Sequence record: PX393110.1
Source: a phage
DNA: 64,000 bases
Direction: 5' to 3' (one strand)
Below the pieces are notes generated by a model. It saw only the letters and a list, made by a program, of their open reading frames with translations. It was not told the origin of the DNA and searched no databases. Below, piece after piece: positions 1 to 10,286 of this stretch (its first letter is position 1; each line of letters starts with the position of its first letter). The translations under genes and the position numbers were made by a program.

Positions 1-16
1 CGGTACAAAAGAGCGG
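1..16 (-). promoter_or_regulatory. partial copy of conserved promoter-like motif, truncated by window edge
   Basis: ACAAAAGAGCGG matches the 3' half (plus-strand reading) of the motif seen in 7 other intergenic sites. Confidence 0.3.
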
Positions 17-18
17 TT

Positions 19-174
19 TTAAATCTTACATGCGTCCCCGCAGTCGTCGTCACCAGGCTGGCTGATAACTTCGTCTACGTTAACCATGCGATCTTCGACA
101 CGCTTAGATGCTTCGTCGAGTTCTTCCTGAGAAGGAATATTATTGAAGTCCAACTCTTCAGCAGATTTGCTCAT
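19..174 (-). CDS. small acidic hypothetical protein (52 aa from internal ATG)
   Basis: ORF track 19..387; ATG at 172-174 preceded by GAGGAA RBS; upstream part overlaps another frame. Confidence 0.35.
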   Translation of the reverse strand: MSKSAEELDFNNIPSQEELDEASKRVEDRMVNVDEVISQPGDDDCGDACKI

Positions 175-181
175 AGTTTCC

Positions 182-517
182 TCATAAGAACATTTTGACA
201 AGATGTTTAGTACCGTTGATAGCAGCTTTCTTAGCAGCCGACTTAACATGAGCTTTAACTTTCTTATGTAAAGTCTTGGACTTAGCCTTATTTTTAAGGA
301 GTCGTCCGGCAGCTTTAGCCCTACGCTTGATTCTGTTAGCTGATTCGGAAATAGCAATACCTTCCTCATCAGTAACATCATCAACATTAGACGAAGCTAT
401 CATCAGTAACTGATCATCGGTTAAACCAGCTGCTATGGTTTTGACGAATATTCCTTCATCGACATCACCAACAGCATTAAGGAGATCCTGTGATTTTGAC
501 ATAATCTTCCCATACAT
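182..517 (-). CDS. hypothetical protein with Lys-rich basic C-terminus (start probably ATG at 500-502)
   Basis: ORF track; coherent acidic N-terminus and basic C-terminus. Confidence 0.4.
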   Translation of the reverse strand: MYGKIMSKSQDLLNAVGDVDEGIFVKTIAAGLTDDQLLMIASSNVDDVTDEEGIAISESANRIKRRAKAAGRLLKNKAKSKTLHKKVKAHVKSAAKKAAINGTKHLVKMFL

Positions 518-971
518 TAATTACTTCCTTACCCAGAGATTTAGCATGGGTTACACAGTTACCTGTACCACCCTTGCTGCCATCCCATAAGGCTAATCCC
601 TTCTGACTACGGTTAACCATGTAACGGTTACGCACCATCATCTTGAAAGAATCATACCCAGGCTCGGAAACTATAATTGTGCGACGACTTCTCCTGCAGA
701 GCTCAGTCCATTTTTCTACATCTGCAGATCGCCACATCTTGGGCTGGTCAATCATAGGGACTGCTGCGAAATATGGTATTCCGAGGTTAGCACATGCTTG
801 AGCACATGCCATGTCCCATCCTAAAGCCATACCCACGAACCAGCAGTCGACCTTATTTTCTTCGGTCAACCTCTGGATATGATGTTCGGCAAACTGGGTA
901 AGCTGATCATGGCTAAAGATATCCCAGCCACCCAGTTTATCTGGCCTATGACCAGTGACGAACATAAACAT
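477..971 (-). CDS. hypothetical protein, possible Rossmann-like (SLOG/DprA-like) nucleotide-binding fold
   Basis: 164 aa ORF; glycine-rich GSKGGTGN and GxxxG motifs; family assignment is weak inference. Confidence 0.4.
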   Translation of the reverse strand: MFMFVTGHRPDKLGGWDIFSHDQLTQFAEHHIQRLTEENKVDCWFVGMALGWDMACAQACANLGIPYFAAVPMIDQPKMWRSADVEKWTELCRRSRRTIIVSEPGYDSFKMMVRNRYMVNRSQKGLALWDGSKGGTGNCVTHAKSLGKEVINVWEDYVKITGSP

Positions 972-1312
972 TACTTCTTCTCTATCTTGGCCTGCTTAGC
1001 CTTAACTAAAGCCAATGCGTTAGCCAGTTTAGCAGAAGTATCCTGCGGACCATCTTCTTCGAGCTGTTTCTTCAGGGACTCCATACGATCGGTAGTCCCT
1101 TTAGTATCCATCTCGATTAATTCGTTGATGGTCGACCCGCCGACGTTAGGTAACTTGCCGAGTTGCGACAAATCCTTAACTTCGGGGATCTTAACGTGAA
1201 GTTGAATAGACTGGGATGCTCTCGCGAATGACCCAGCACGACGATTGTCTCCTACCTTATTATATAGGGAAGATAGGTTACCCAGGAACGTAATGATATC
1301 AGCAGTTTTCAT
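971..1312 (-). CDS. helix-hairpin-helix motif protein
   Basis: ATG at 1310-1312 with GGAGG RBS; LPNVGGSTINEL resembles an HhH DNA-binding motif. Confidence 0.45.
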   Translation of the reverse strand: MKTADIITFLGNLSSLYNKVGDNRRAGSFARASQSIQLHVKIPEVKDLSQLGKLPNVGGSTINELIEMDTKGTTDRMESLKKQLEEDGPQDTSAKLANALALVKAKQAKIEKK

Positions 1313-1330
1313 ATTTGATTCCTCCAACGG

Positions 1331-1366
1331 TTTAACAGCCTTTGGACCTTACAAAAGAGCGGTTTT
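1331..1366 (-). promoter_or_regulatory. conserved promoter-like motif (plus reading TTTAACAGCCTTT-N-ACAAAAGAGCGG)
   Basis: one of 8 near-identical intergenic copies, each 20-30 nt upstream of a minus-strand start codon. Confidence 0.5.
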
Positions 1367-1508
1367 TATTCAAAAAGAGTGTTAAAATTAGGTTTTTGAG
1401 CTTTACAGGACGCCCCTGCGCTCTAAAGATAGGCCTCAAAAGGGTGTTTTTGTGAAGGTTGTCCGAGCCCCGTCCGGGACGTCTTCAACTATAAACAGGA
1501 GAAATACA

Positions 1509-1982
1509 ATGGGCGAGTTAGCTAAGCAAAACTTAAGTACTATTCAAAAGGGTCTTTCCTTAGTTAATTCGGAGGGTTCTGAATCCGTTAACGTCAAAGC
1601 CCTACAAGGTAAAGAGATAGGCTTACAGATTCTCCAGCTAGGTCTGGCTGAGTCTGAGGCTAACCGAGTAGCCAAGCTTAACGGGATTATCGAGATCCTC
1701 GAAAAGAAAATCTTTGATCCTGAGCGTCTGGACAGACTCACCGAGAAGGAGCAGATCGAGAGATATCAACTGGCATTAGCTAGTGCATCTCAGTCGGCAG
1801 CATTCGTTAAATCGACCATTGGTTCGATTAACTGGACAGCTATCGAAGTATCTCTGCTGAGTCTGGCTTCCGCCATAGAGACTGCCAATGAAGGTCAGTC
1901 TCCTAAGGATCGTAAAGATATGTCTACTATCGCCAATAACTTGATTAAGCAATTGGCGGAAGGCATTGGTCCTAAGGGGTAA
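1509..1982 (+). CDS. putative terminase small subunit
   Basis: ATG at 1509 with AGGAG RBS; immediately upstream of large terminase; 157 aa helical protein. Confidence 0.5.
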   Translation: MGELAKQNLSTIQKGLSLVNSEGSESVNVKALQGKEIGLQILQLGLAESEANRVAKLNGIIEILEKKIFDPERLDRLTEKEQIERYQLALASASQSAAFVKSTIGSINWTAIEVSLLSLASAIETANEGQSPKDRKDMSTIANNLIKQLAEGIGPKG

Positions 1983-1985
1983 ACC

Positions 1986-3812
1986 ATGACTGATGCATTA
2001 GATGAGTTTATTGAAGCATGTGGCTCTAGACTCGAAGCTATGCATCAGTTAGCGTTGATGAGTGGCTACGAGGAGCGGGTTCCGACGATCCAGGATTTCA
2101 TAATGGATCCGTACTACCTGGGTAAGTCTCTGGTAGATGCTGACGGTGTCTGCTCGGTCTATCCTATATGGATGGATGCTCTAGCTAAGATTTACCCTAC
2201 TCCTTACACTTCACCAGCTGTAGAGATTTATCTAACTGGTGGTATCGGTCTGGGTAAGTCAACTGCTGCTAAGATTATCACTCTCTACGACCTGTGCAAA
2301 TTGCTATGTCTTAGAGATCCTCGCGCTCATTTTAAACTTCTGCCATCCACAGTAATTCGTTGGATGTTGATGAACGCCACTAAAGGTCTATCCTACGATG
2401 TACTCTACGCAGAGATCATCGAGTGGATAGAGAACAGTCCATTCTTCAAAGGTAAGATGACTGGTGGTAAGAATCCTCGTACTTTGTTCATTAAGAATGT
2501 GGACTTAGGATTCGGTTCTCGTGGTCAGGATGCTCTGGGGCAGGCTACCGTAGGTGCTATCTTCTCAGAGATAAACGACATGACCGTAGTTCATGGTCAG
2601 GCAGAAGATAACTTCGACACCATCTATACTCGTATGAACTCTCGTTTCGGGGGTAAAGGGGTAGAGATGATTGGCCACTTGATTCTAGACTCTTCGAATA
2701 AGGGAAACCGTTCCTTTATCGATGTTCGTCTAGAGGATAAAGCCAAGAAAGGAATTAACGACTATCTGTTATTCAGATATGCCCACTGGGAAGCTAAATG
2801 GCACCTCGGAGGGTATTCTGGGGAAATGTTCTACGTCTATGCTGGTGACCAGTATCGAGATCCGTTTATCTTTGATGAGAATACTCTCAAGATTAAAGAC
2901 GGTCTGGAGCCATCTCGTATTATCTCTGTACCTGTTGAACATAGACAGGAATTCGAGACTAACATTGTTAAGTCTCTCAGGGATCTTGCTGGTGTGTCTA
3001 CATTCGGTACATGGTCGTTCATCTCGTCCTACGAGGTGCTTAACCGAGCAGCTGACCACATTAACCCTACTGAATCTAACGTGGTAGTTCTGGACTTCTT
3101 CGATAAGGAGCAGACTCTTCACCAGACTATAGATGTCCCCAGACTTGCCTTCCTTAATAAGAAGGATCGGTTCATCCATATTGACTTGGGTCTTAAGAAC
3201 GACTCAACTGGTATAGCCTGTTCTTATCTCGATGGTTATGTAGACCAAGAGACCTATGATCCTCTGACCAGTACTCGCATGGTTACTCGTGAACCTAAGA
3301 TTGTTACTGAGTGGGCATTAGAAATTACCTGCCAGCCTGGTCAGGAAGTCCCTATCTACAAGATTAAGAACTTCTTAATAGAAGCATCTCAGCAAGGTTA
3401 CCCAATTAAAATGGTAACCACAGATGGATACCAATCCACGAACTTACGTCAGGATTTAACTCTGGCTGGGTTCGAGACTGCTCTGCTATCTGTAGACCGG
3501 ACTAAAGACCCGTATAACTACTTAAGAAACTCGATTCTCGAAGGTCGCAGCACTATTCCTGCTGTACCTAAACTGATCAAGGAGCTTAAAGAGTTGGAGG
3601 AAGGAGAAGGTAAGTTCGACCACCCTCCGTCGGGGAGTAAAGATATCGCGGATGCTGTCTGCGGATCTCAGTGGTCAGTTAAAGAGAATATCCATAAGAT
3701 AGGGTCTACTGCCACGGTTGAAGATCTTCAAGTTGCACTCCACGAACTTAATAAGTCTAGGGATGCGAAGGAGATGTTTCGGAACATTATTAAGCAACGA
3801 GTGGGTGGCTAA
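1986..3812 (+). CDS. terL: terminase large subunit
   Basis: 608 aa; Walker A-like LTGGIGLGKST; ATPase plus nuclease-sized architecture; precedes portal. Confidence 0.85.
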   Translation: MTDALDEFIEACGSRLEAMHQLALMSGYEERVPTIQDFIMDPYYLGKSLVDADGVCSVYPIWMDALAKIYPTPYTSPAVEIYLTGGIGLGKSTAAKIITLYDLCKLLCLRDPRAHFKLLPSTVIRWMLMNATKGLSYDVLYAEIIEWIENSPFFKGKMTGGKNPRTLFIKNVDLGFGSRGQDALGQATVGAIFSEINDMTVVHGQAEDNFDTIYTRMNSRFGGKGVEMIGHLILDSSNKGNRSFIDVRLEDKAKKGINDYLLFRYAHWEAKWHLGGYSGEMFYVYAGDQYRDPFIFDENTLKIKDGLEPSRIISVPVEHRQEFETNIVKSLRDLAGVSTFGTWSFISSYEVLNRAADHINPTESNVVVLDFFDKEQTLHQTIDVPRLAFLNKKDRFIHIDLGLKNDSTGIACSYLDGYVDQETYDPLTSTRMVTREPKIVTEWALEITCQPGQEVPIYKIKNFLIEASQQGYPIKMVTTDGYQSTNLRQDLTLAGFETALLSVDRTKDPYNYLRNSILEGRSTIPAVPKLIKELKELEEGEGKFDHPPSGSKDIADAVCGSQWSVKENIHKIGSTATVEDLQVALHELNKSRDAKEMFRNIIKQRVGG

Positions 3813-5390
3813 ATGGCAGAAAACGAAGTGGTCTCTAAGCAAGACTTAGATGACAAACCTGGTTCTCGCCAGGAGGTCTTAGCAAAGTTGCTAGACGATA
3901 CCATCACTATGAAGCATAGCGATGGATTGTTGGGCACGGTACAGGCTTACCTTACCGATCGCCTTACCAATATGGTAACCACTCGTGAAAAGTATTTCAA
4001 CGAGCTGGCGAGATTTCGCTATAACTATATCACAGCTGGTATCTATGATATCATCTGTAATGACGTGCTCACCAATACGGATGATGGTGGATTCGTCATA
4101 GAAATTGAAGGTGATGAAGAACTGACTCGGGAGGCAAATGAGCTAATTAAAGCTCTAGCTATCCCAGACTTCCTCACTTCCATTTTGCCGGAGTTACTGC
4201 ATTATGGATCATACCCCTTAAGACCGTCACTGGAAGATGGCGAGGGATTGATTGGGTTGGTGGATGATTTTGATCCTCGTGATGTTATCGCAGTAACTGA
4301 TTCATCCGGCCTTCCTATTTTCTTCTTCGTAAACTATACGACGAAGGATGCTGGGTATATAGACTATGAGTCTCGTCAGAAAATGGAGTATCTAGGCCCT
4401 CAAGAGGTATCTTACCTCTCTCTGGATCAGAACTTCATTAAGCTGCCGATTCCCGATAAAGTCACTGCCCAGATGAAGCGTAAAATCACGGAAGAGCTGG
4501 GTGAAGATGAACCCATGGTTAAGCTCATGGGTAAGTCGATTAAAATTCGTTCGTCCTTATCATTCTTATGGGGATCTCTGGATAAGCTCAAGAATATCTT
4601 GATGCTGGATAAGGTTAACGTCTATAAGACGCTGGCTAACCTCCTAAGTCCGTCTGTAATCGGTGTTCCTCTTCCGAACAATAACGACATTAAGCAGATG
4701 AAGTCTATAGTCAACGACTATGACCAAATCATTAACAGTACTAACCTGTTTGCTGCTGATATGAGTAACCTCCAGTTTAATCTGCAGGATATCGTATCAG
4801 TTAAAGTCGTTCCTATCTCTGGAGATCGGTCTGTACCTCAGATCCTGGATACTGGTAAGTCGGATAACACTATCGATCCGGAGAAGATCAGATCCGAGTT
4901 AGAGGTTCTGTTACAGTCCTATGGTATTCCTCTGGAATTATTCCTTGGAAGCCTTTCCTCTAAGGATAACCTAAGGACGAATATTCGTTACGCTAAGAAG
5001 ATCAAGCGCATCGGTAAGAGTCTGTGTAAATGGCTGCAGTATCTGCTGCTGTTACACTTCGGCTTTAAATACGAAAATCTGGATCTAGAGTTATCTGAAA
5101 TTAAGGTAACCCTGAAGTCCTCGATTAACGTAGATGCTCTTGAGAATATGGAGACTCAAGATCTTCTTATCACAAGTATTAATGGTATGACTGGAATGCT
5201 GGATTCTCTGAAGAACGAGATCGAGAACTCCAATTATACTATTGATAACGATGCTCTGCTTAAGGTAGTCGCGGATACTCTCGCAGATATAGGCTCTCCG
5301 TTCCATGGAGTAATTAAGCTTAAGTCTGAGGTACCAGTAACCCAGCAGACTCCTCCTGCTCCCCCAGAAGATGGTGAAGAGAATGAATAA
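3813..5390 (+). CDS. portal protein
   Basis: 525 aa ORF directly after terL, start abuts terL stop; acidic C-terminus. Confidence 0.7.
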   Translation: MAENEVVSKQDLDDKPGSRQEVLAKLLDDTITMKHSDGLLGTVQAYLTDRLTNMVTTREKYFNELARFRYNYITAGIYDIICNDVLTNTDDGGFVIEIEGDEELTREANELIKALAIPDFLTSILPELLHYGSYPLRPSLEDGEGLIGLVDDFDPRDVIAVTDSSGLPIFFFVNYTTKDAGYIDYESRQKMEYLGPQEVSYLSLDQNFIKLPIPDKVTAQMKRKITEELGEDEPMVKLMGKSIKIRSSLSFLWGSLDKLKNILMLDKVNVYKTLANLLSPSVIGVPLPNNNDIKQMKSIVNDYDQIINSTNLFAADMSNLQFNLQDIVSVKVVPISGDRSVPQILDTGKSDNTIDPEKIRSELEVLLQSYGIPLELFLGSLSSKDNLRTNIRYAKKIKRIGKSLCKWLQYLLLLHFGFKYENLDLELSEIKVTLKSSINVDALENMETQDLLITSINGMTGMLDSLKNEIENSNYTIDNDALLKVVADTLADIGSPFHGVIKLKSEVPVTQQTPPAPPEDGEENE

Positions 5391-5637
5391 ATCTGAGCTG
5401 CTTATGCAAGCTGTTGATGAGTCTGCTGCTACTACGTACACGCTGACTCGCCTTGCAAAAGATAACAGCGATACCGTAAATGGTGTGCTGGATAACTTCC
5501 TCCGTGACGTGCAGATCCACGATGCTGGCGCTACTGCATCTATCGATGACAATGGCGATCTCATAGTAACTACTCGCCTCGGCGATGGTCTGACTTATAT
5601 CATGGAAAAGTACGGCTTCGGCTACACTAAGTCGTAA
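5383..5637 (+). CDS. small head-module hypothetical protein
   Basis: ATG overlapping portal stop; 84 aa. Confidence 0.4.
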   Translation: MNKSELLMQAVDESAATTYTLTRLAKDNSDTVNGVLDNFLRDVQIHDAGATASIDDNGDLIVTTRLGDGLTYIMEKYGFGYTKS

Positions 5638-5649
5638 TAAGGAACCGCT

Positions 5650-7086
5650 ATGGAAGTAGTAGACTCGGTCAATGCTGTTGACTTAGTTGAGGTATCCGAG
5701 GCAGTCCAATTCGACGTAGTTGAAAATGCATCCGAAGTTGATGGAAAATACGTCCTAGCTAAAGCCGTAGGTCCTGCGTTCTTTCCTGGTCAAACCTCTG
5801 GTAATAAAGTTTATTACCCAGAGGCGCTCTGGGAAAAAGTGCTGGCTGATGGGGACGTTAATTCCCGGCTGCAAAACCGTACCATGTTTGGTACGATTGG
5901 TCACGACATTGAAGATATCAATGACGAGGTCATCCGTCGAGGCGAACTGTCTCATATCGTAACTAAACTTTTTGTAGATGATGCTGGTGTAGGTCGAGCT
6001 GAGTATCTGGTAGTCAATACCCCGACTGGTCAGATTCTCAACACGCTACTCCGAGCAGGCTCTAAGCTGCGGGTGTCTACAAAGGCTAAGGGAGCGCTAT
6101 CCCATCCAGATGAGAATGGGGTCAAAACTCTCAGAAGCTACTATCTTAAAAGGATAGACTTCGTACTTACCCCCGGATTCGAGCAGGCACTGCCCGAAGT
6201 AGCAGAGTCTCTGAACAAAATCCGTAACCAACTACCAGATCCCGTCGAGGAGAGTAAAATGGAACAGAACGAATTCATTGAGCACCTTAAGACTGAGAAT
6301 GCTCAGCTGAAGGCTCAGGTTGATGAATCTAAACAGGCCAATACGGTCCTGAAAACTCAGCTGGAAGAAGCGAAGACCCAACTGGCTACCGCTACCACCC
6401 AGCTGGCCGAAGTTAGCGAGTCCCTGGCTAAATACCAGACTCTGGGCACCTTCGAGCAGGTAGATGAGGCATTGACTAAAGGTGCTGAAACTATCACTTC
6501 TCTGAAAGAATCTCTGAACGAGACTATTGAAGAGTCTGCTCACGACATCCACGATCTGGAAGTCGTAGAAGAAGCTCTGGAGAAATATAAAGAGCTGGGT
6601 ACTCCAGAAGAGATCTCTGAAGCTATCGCCACCCTGAATGGACTGATCGAAGAGAAAGAGACCCAGGTCTGCGAATCTCTGGCCAAGAAATTCAAACGTA
6701 GCCCTAACATGATTAAAACCATGCAGACTGCGTTGGGTGGTCTGGATAAAGTCGAAGAAGCTCTGTTAGCCGAAGCTGCTGAACTGGGCATCAAAATCGA
6801 CGAATCCGACGATGGCGAAGATAAAGGCGACGGTAAAGACGATAAGGGTGATGACAAATCCGACAAGAAAGATGGTGGGGATGACAAAGGCGACGACGCT
6901 GATGAATCCAAGAAAACTCCATCTAAAGTCGAAGAGTCTCTGAATCGCGTAAATCGCCTGGGTTCTCTGATGTCTACCAGACAGATCCGTACCAATCTGA
7001 TTAATACTCAGAAAGTAGACGAGTCTGCCGGTAAAACTGCCGACGCACCTCAATCTCGTGCCGGTAAACTGATGTCTCGTCGATAA
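5650..7086 (+). CDS. scaffolding protein, possibly with N-terminal prohead protease domain
   Basis: 478 aa; long coiled-coil segment with Q/E/L heptads; acidic KGDD low-complexity tail; sits between portal and capsid. Confidence 0.55.
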   Translation: MEVVDSVNAVDLVEVSEAVQFDVVENASEVDGKYVLAKAVGPAFFPGQTSGNKVYYPEALWEKVLADGDVNSRLQNRTMFGTIGHDIEDINDEVIRRGELSHIVTKLFVDDAGVGRAEYLVVNTPTGQILNTLLRAGSKLRVSTKAKGALSHPDENGVKTLRSYYLKRIDFVLTPGFEQALPEVAESLNKIRNQLPDPVEESKMEQNEFIEHLKTENAQLKAQVDESKQANTVLKTQLEEAKTQLATATTQLAEVSESLAKYQTLGTFEQVDEALTKGAETITSLKESLNETIEESAHDIHDLEVVEEALEKYKELGTPEEISEAIATLNGLIEEKETQVCESLAKKFKRSPNMIKTMQTALGGLDKVEEALLAEAAELGIKIDESDDGEDKGDGKDDKGDDKSDKKDGGDDKGDDADESKKTPSKVEESLNRVNRLGSLMSTRQIRTNLINTQKVDESAGKTADAPQSRAGKLMSRR

Positions 7087-7141
7087 CAGACTCAGTATCC
7101 GTAAGTGTAATTTGACTTTCCATGATTAAGGACTAATTTTC

Positions 7142-8569
7142 ATGACTAAGCAGAATATCGTGCTGTCTAACGTCGACGAGGCTTCCGCAGATGTAATGGC
7201 TAACGCCTACTTCGACAAATACAGCGAACAAATGGATGCATACGCATCTAACTCCATCCTGGCTCGCGTTAACGAAAGCCTGTCTCCGTTCGAAATGATC
7301 GCTGTAGGTCAGACTCTGGACCAGTACCAAGGTTACCAGAAGTATGTCAACGAATCCATGAGCGGCCTGGCATCTATGGGTGCTATTCCGGCAATCGCTC
7401 TGGATGTTATCACCGCATCTGTCGGTAACTCTATCCTGCCTCTGGTCTGCTCTATCCAGCCGATCCCTGAAGAGCATGGTATTGTTTACTATCGCCAGAT
7501 TAAAGCATCCCAGACCTCCGGCGGTTACACTGCAGGCGACGTGATCCGTGATCCGCTGTCTCGTGATAATCCTGGTGAAGGTACCCTGGGTGCCCAGCGT
7601 CGTCAGCAGGTAATTGGTACCGGTAACGGCAGCGAAACTAACTTCGCCGCTACTCTGGAACTGTATCCGGTTCGTCCGAACATGGTCTTCGTCAACATCC
7701 CTGGTGTTGGTAACGGTCAGGACGACGGTAACGGTAAGATCCTGGGCTTCGGCTTCGATGGTACCATCAACTACAAAACTGGCGCGATCACTATCGCAGC
7801 TAAAGCAGCTGTTCCTAACACTGCTCAGGTTGCTGTTCGCTTCGACGTTGATGTTGATCTGCTGGATAACCTGGATAAAATCCAGGCTGGCCTGATCTCC
7901 AAAGATATCCGTGCGGAAATCTGGACCCTGGCTGCTGATATCGGTACCTTCGCTAACTTCGCCTTCCAGAACCGCTTCGGTCGTTCTGCAGAAGATGAAG
8001 TCGCATCCGATCTGTCCAACGAAATCACTAACGTTCTGAACGTTCGTGCTATCAAACAGATCGCTGCGATGGCTATCGGCGAAACTATCTGGGATCAGAC
8101 TCCTCCTGCTGGTGTTTCCTATGCGGAACACAAACTGACTCTGGTTGATACCTTCGCTCGTGCTGAATCCGTGTTGCACAACAACGCTGGTGTAGGCTCG
8201 GTGAACCGTATCATCTGCGGTCGCTCTGCTGCTGCGGTATTCCGTGGTATGCCTGAGTTCACCCCAGCAGGTCAGTCTGTCGGTACTTCCGTATCTCTGT
8301 ATGGCTTCTACGACGGCGTGCCGGTAATTCGTGCAACTGGTGTTATCGAAGATAACGCTGCTTATCTGATCTGCAACCCGGACGGTTATTTCAACTGCCC
8401 GCTGGCATACTCTCCGTTCATGCCGCTGATCGTTACCGATACCATCCAGAACCCGAACAACCCGTTCCGCGGTACTAAAGCTGCTGGCGTTTGGGCTGGT
8501 ATGACCCAGCTGAACCCGAACCTGGTAACCAAACTGACCTTCAAACTGGCTAACTTCTCTGGTAGCTAA
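7142..8569 (+). CDS. major capsid protein
   Basis: 475 aa; strongly biased high-expression codon usage; follows scaffold; followed by strong terminator. Confidence 0.75.
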   Translation: MTKQNIVLSNVDEASADVMANAYFDKYSEQMDAYASNSILARVNESLSPFEMIAVGQTLDQYQGYQKYVNESMSGLASMGAIPAIALDVITASVGNSILPLVCSIQPIPEEHGIVYYRQIKASQTSGGYTAGDVIRDPLSRDNPGEGTLGAQRRQQVIGTGNGSETNFAATLELYPVRPNMVFVNIPGVGNGQDDGNGKILGFGFDGTINYKTGAITIAAKAAVPNTAQVAVRFDVDVDLLDNLDKIQAGLISKDIRAEIWTLAADIGTFANFAFQNRFGRSAEDEVASDLSNEITNVLNVRAIKQIAAMAIGETIWDQTPPAGVSYAEHKLTLVDTFARAESVLHNNAGVGSVNRIICGRSAAAVFRGMPEFTPAGQSVGTSVSLYGFYDGVPVIRATGVIEDNAAYLICNPDGYFNCPLAYSPFMPLIVTDTIQNPNNPFRGTKAAGVWAGMTQLNPNLVTKLTFKLANFSGS

Positions 8570-8595
8570 GATTTGATGCGTTAAGTTGGCATTAG

Positions 8596-8628
8596 CTACG
8601 GCCTCTTATTGAGGCCGTAGTTTTTCTT
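8596..8628 (+). terminator. rho-independent terminator after capsid gene
   Basis: 10-bp perfect stem CTACGGCCTC/GAGGCCGTAG with TTATT loop followed by TTTTT. Confidence 0.8.
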
Positions 8629-8718
8629 GTTTTAATTTACTTTGACATATCTCGATTAGTCAAACTAAATTTAGTCAGGACGACACACTAGCACTAACCA
8701 CCAACCAAAGAGGTAGAT

Positions 8719-9429
8719 ATGTATAAGGTAACTAATAAGTCCGAGTACACTGTTCAAGCTAACCTGTCCGCAGACGGTCCGGTAAGCATCGCTCCTAAAG
8801 AGAGTCTGACCATTCGTAACCCGTCTCGCGATTTCGTTAAAGAGATCGGTCGCGTATCTAACCTGCTTTCCTATACGGAAGTAAGTGGTGATGCGTCTGG
8901 CGATCAGACCGATAAAGACGAAGTGGTCGCAGCTGAGCCTGAACATCCGAACTCTCTGGACAAAGAGCCAGGTACTGTTATCCAGGGTACTGCTCTGACC
9001 AAAGAAGAAATTAACACTGCTGCTGAGCGCTCTGATCATAAGATCAATGACAAAGTGCCCGATACTGCGGTAGTTGGCGCTAACCAGGATGCTGCTGCAC
9101 CTAAAACTGGTGGCGAGTCTAACGTCGCTCCTAAAGAAGTGACCGACGCAGAATTAAATAACGCTGGCGCTGCTGCTGGTGGTGAAGATCAGGGTGCTGG
9201 TAATGCGGAAGATGCTTCTGCAGATAAATCCGACTCTGGCATCCGTCAGTTTACCGGTGAAGAACCCACCAAATCTGAAGAAGATGGCGAAGGTGAGCAG
9301 TACACTCGCGAAGAGCTGGAATCTACTCACTGGGCCACCGTTAAGAGCATCGCGGAATCTAACGGTATTGATTACACCAACAAAGGTGAAGCGATCACCG
9401 CTATTCTGGATGCTAAAGTAACCAAGTAA
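8719..9429 (+). CDS. head-associated protein with C-terminal Rho-N/SAP-like motif (possible decoration protein)
   Basis: 236 aa; acidic low-complexity middle; C-terminal helix-hairpin resembling Rho N-terminal domain; own promoter-like TTGACA-N17-TAAATT upstream. Confidence 0.45.
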   Translation: MYKVTNKSEYTVQANLSADGPVSIAPKESLTIRNPSRDFVKEIGRVSNLLSYTEVSGDASGDQTDKDEVVAAEPEHPNSLDKEPGTVIQGTALTKEEINTAAERSDHKINDKVPDTAVVGANQDAAAPKTGGESNVAPKEVTDAELNNAGAAAGGEDQGAGNAEDASADKSDSGIRQFTGEEPTKSEEDGEGEQYTREELESTHWATVKSIAESNGIDYTNKGEAITAILDAKVTK

Positions 9430-9462
9430 TAGCTAAAATTCAACGAGCCTACGGAGCATAGT

Positions 9463-9999
9463 ATGGATATTCGCAGTTTAGTTCTCCAGGGAACAGATAC
9501 TCTCAGGAAGAATCAATATCCTACTGGTAAAGTAGGCTCGTTCGATTTTAACTATGTTATGAGAAATAAACAGCTCATCGTTAAATCTCAGGCACGCCCT
9601 TCCAGTGGTGAATCGTATTCGGCATATCAGTCCCAGATTGTATTCTCTGGAGTAGGTTATTCTGATGTTCCGTCTCCTGATTTCCCTCTGACGTACAATT
9701 CTCCTAACGGGAAGATTTATCTTCAGAAGCCTACCACTCGGAATACTGTCCAGATCAGATGTTCTTGTAAGGACGATTATTTCATGTGGCAGTACCCTAA
9801 TAAGTCTAAGGGTGCTCTCCTGGGTAGATTTAAGCCGTATGTACGTAAAACAACGGATCGTCCTCCTAGAAACCCAGGCAACGTACCAGGAATGTGTAAA
9901 CATGCTCTGGCTCTCGTGAAGAATCTGTTTTCTATGGGAGTTCTCCAGCCTGATTCTCAGGTACAAGAGTACTTATCAAGACCAACTAGGAGTATATAA
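9463..9999 (+). CDS. hypothetical protein with SWIM-like zinc-finger motif
   Basis: 178 aa; CxC...CxH arrangement (CSCKDD ... CKH). Confidence 0.45.
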   Translation: MDIRSLVLQGTDTLRKNQYPTGKVGSFDFNYVMRNKQLIVKSQARPSSGESYSAYQSQIVFSGVGYSDVPSPDFPLTYNSPNGKIYLQKPTTRNTVQIRCSCKDDYFMWQYPNKSKGALLGRFKPYVRKTTDRPPRNPGNVPGMCKHALALVKNLFSMGVLQPDSQVQEYLSRPTRSI

Positions 10000-10286
10000 T
10001 GGTAACTGCAGCAGAAGTTCTTTCGTCTGTTGACGAAGCCACTTATACGATCAAGCGCATCAAACAGATTCGTGACGGTCGTCTGGTGATTCGTCAGAAG
10101 CGTCAGTACGCTGGTCCGGCACCTAAGCCAGGATTTAAGCGTAATCCTCAGACTGGCAACATCGAGAAGATGACAGCTACTGAGCACCGTAAGCGTTCTA
10201 AAGCTGTCCGTAAGGTACAGCGTAAGGCCACGGTTAAGCTGAAACGCGCTAAATCAATTCGTCGCAGAGAGGCTATGGGGTTATGA
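9999..10286 (+). CDS. small basic hypothetical protein
   Basis: 95 aa Lys/Arg-rich ORF, start overlaps previous stop. Confidence 0.45.
   Translation: MVTAAEVLSSVDEATYTIKRIKQIRDGRLVIRQKRQYAGPAPKPGFKRNPQTGNIEKMTATEHRKRSKAVRKVQRKATVKLKRAKSIRRREAMGL

Noticed and set aside
6540-6995. 151-aa minus-strand Ser/Pro-rich ORF within the scaffold gene
   Set aside because: Antisense artefact of the acidic repeat region of the scaffold protein
7133-8179. 348-aa minus-strand ORF antisense to the major capsid gene
   Set aside because: Entirely embedded antisense within a strongly codon-biased plus-strand gene; no RBS; composition typical of spurious antisense ORFs
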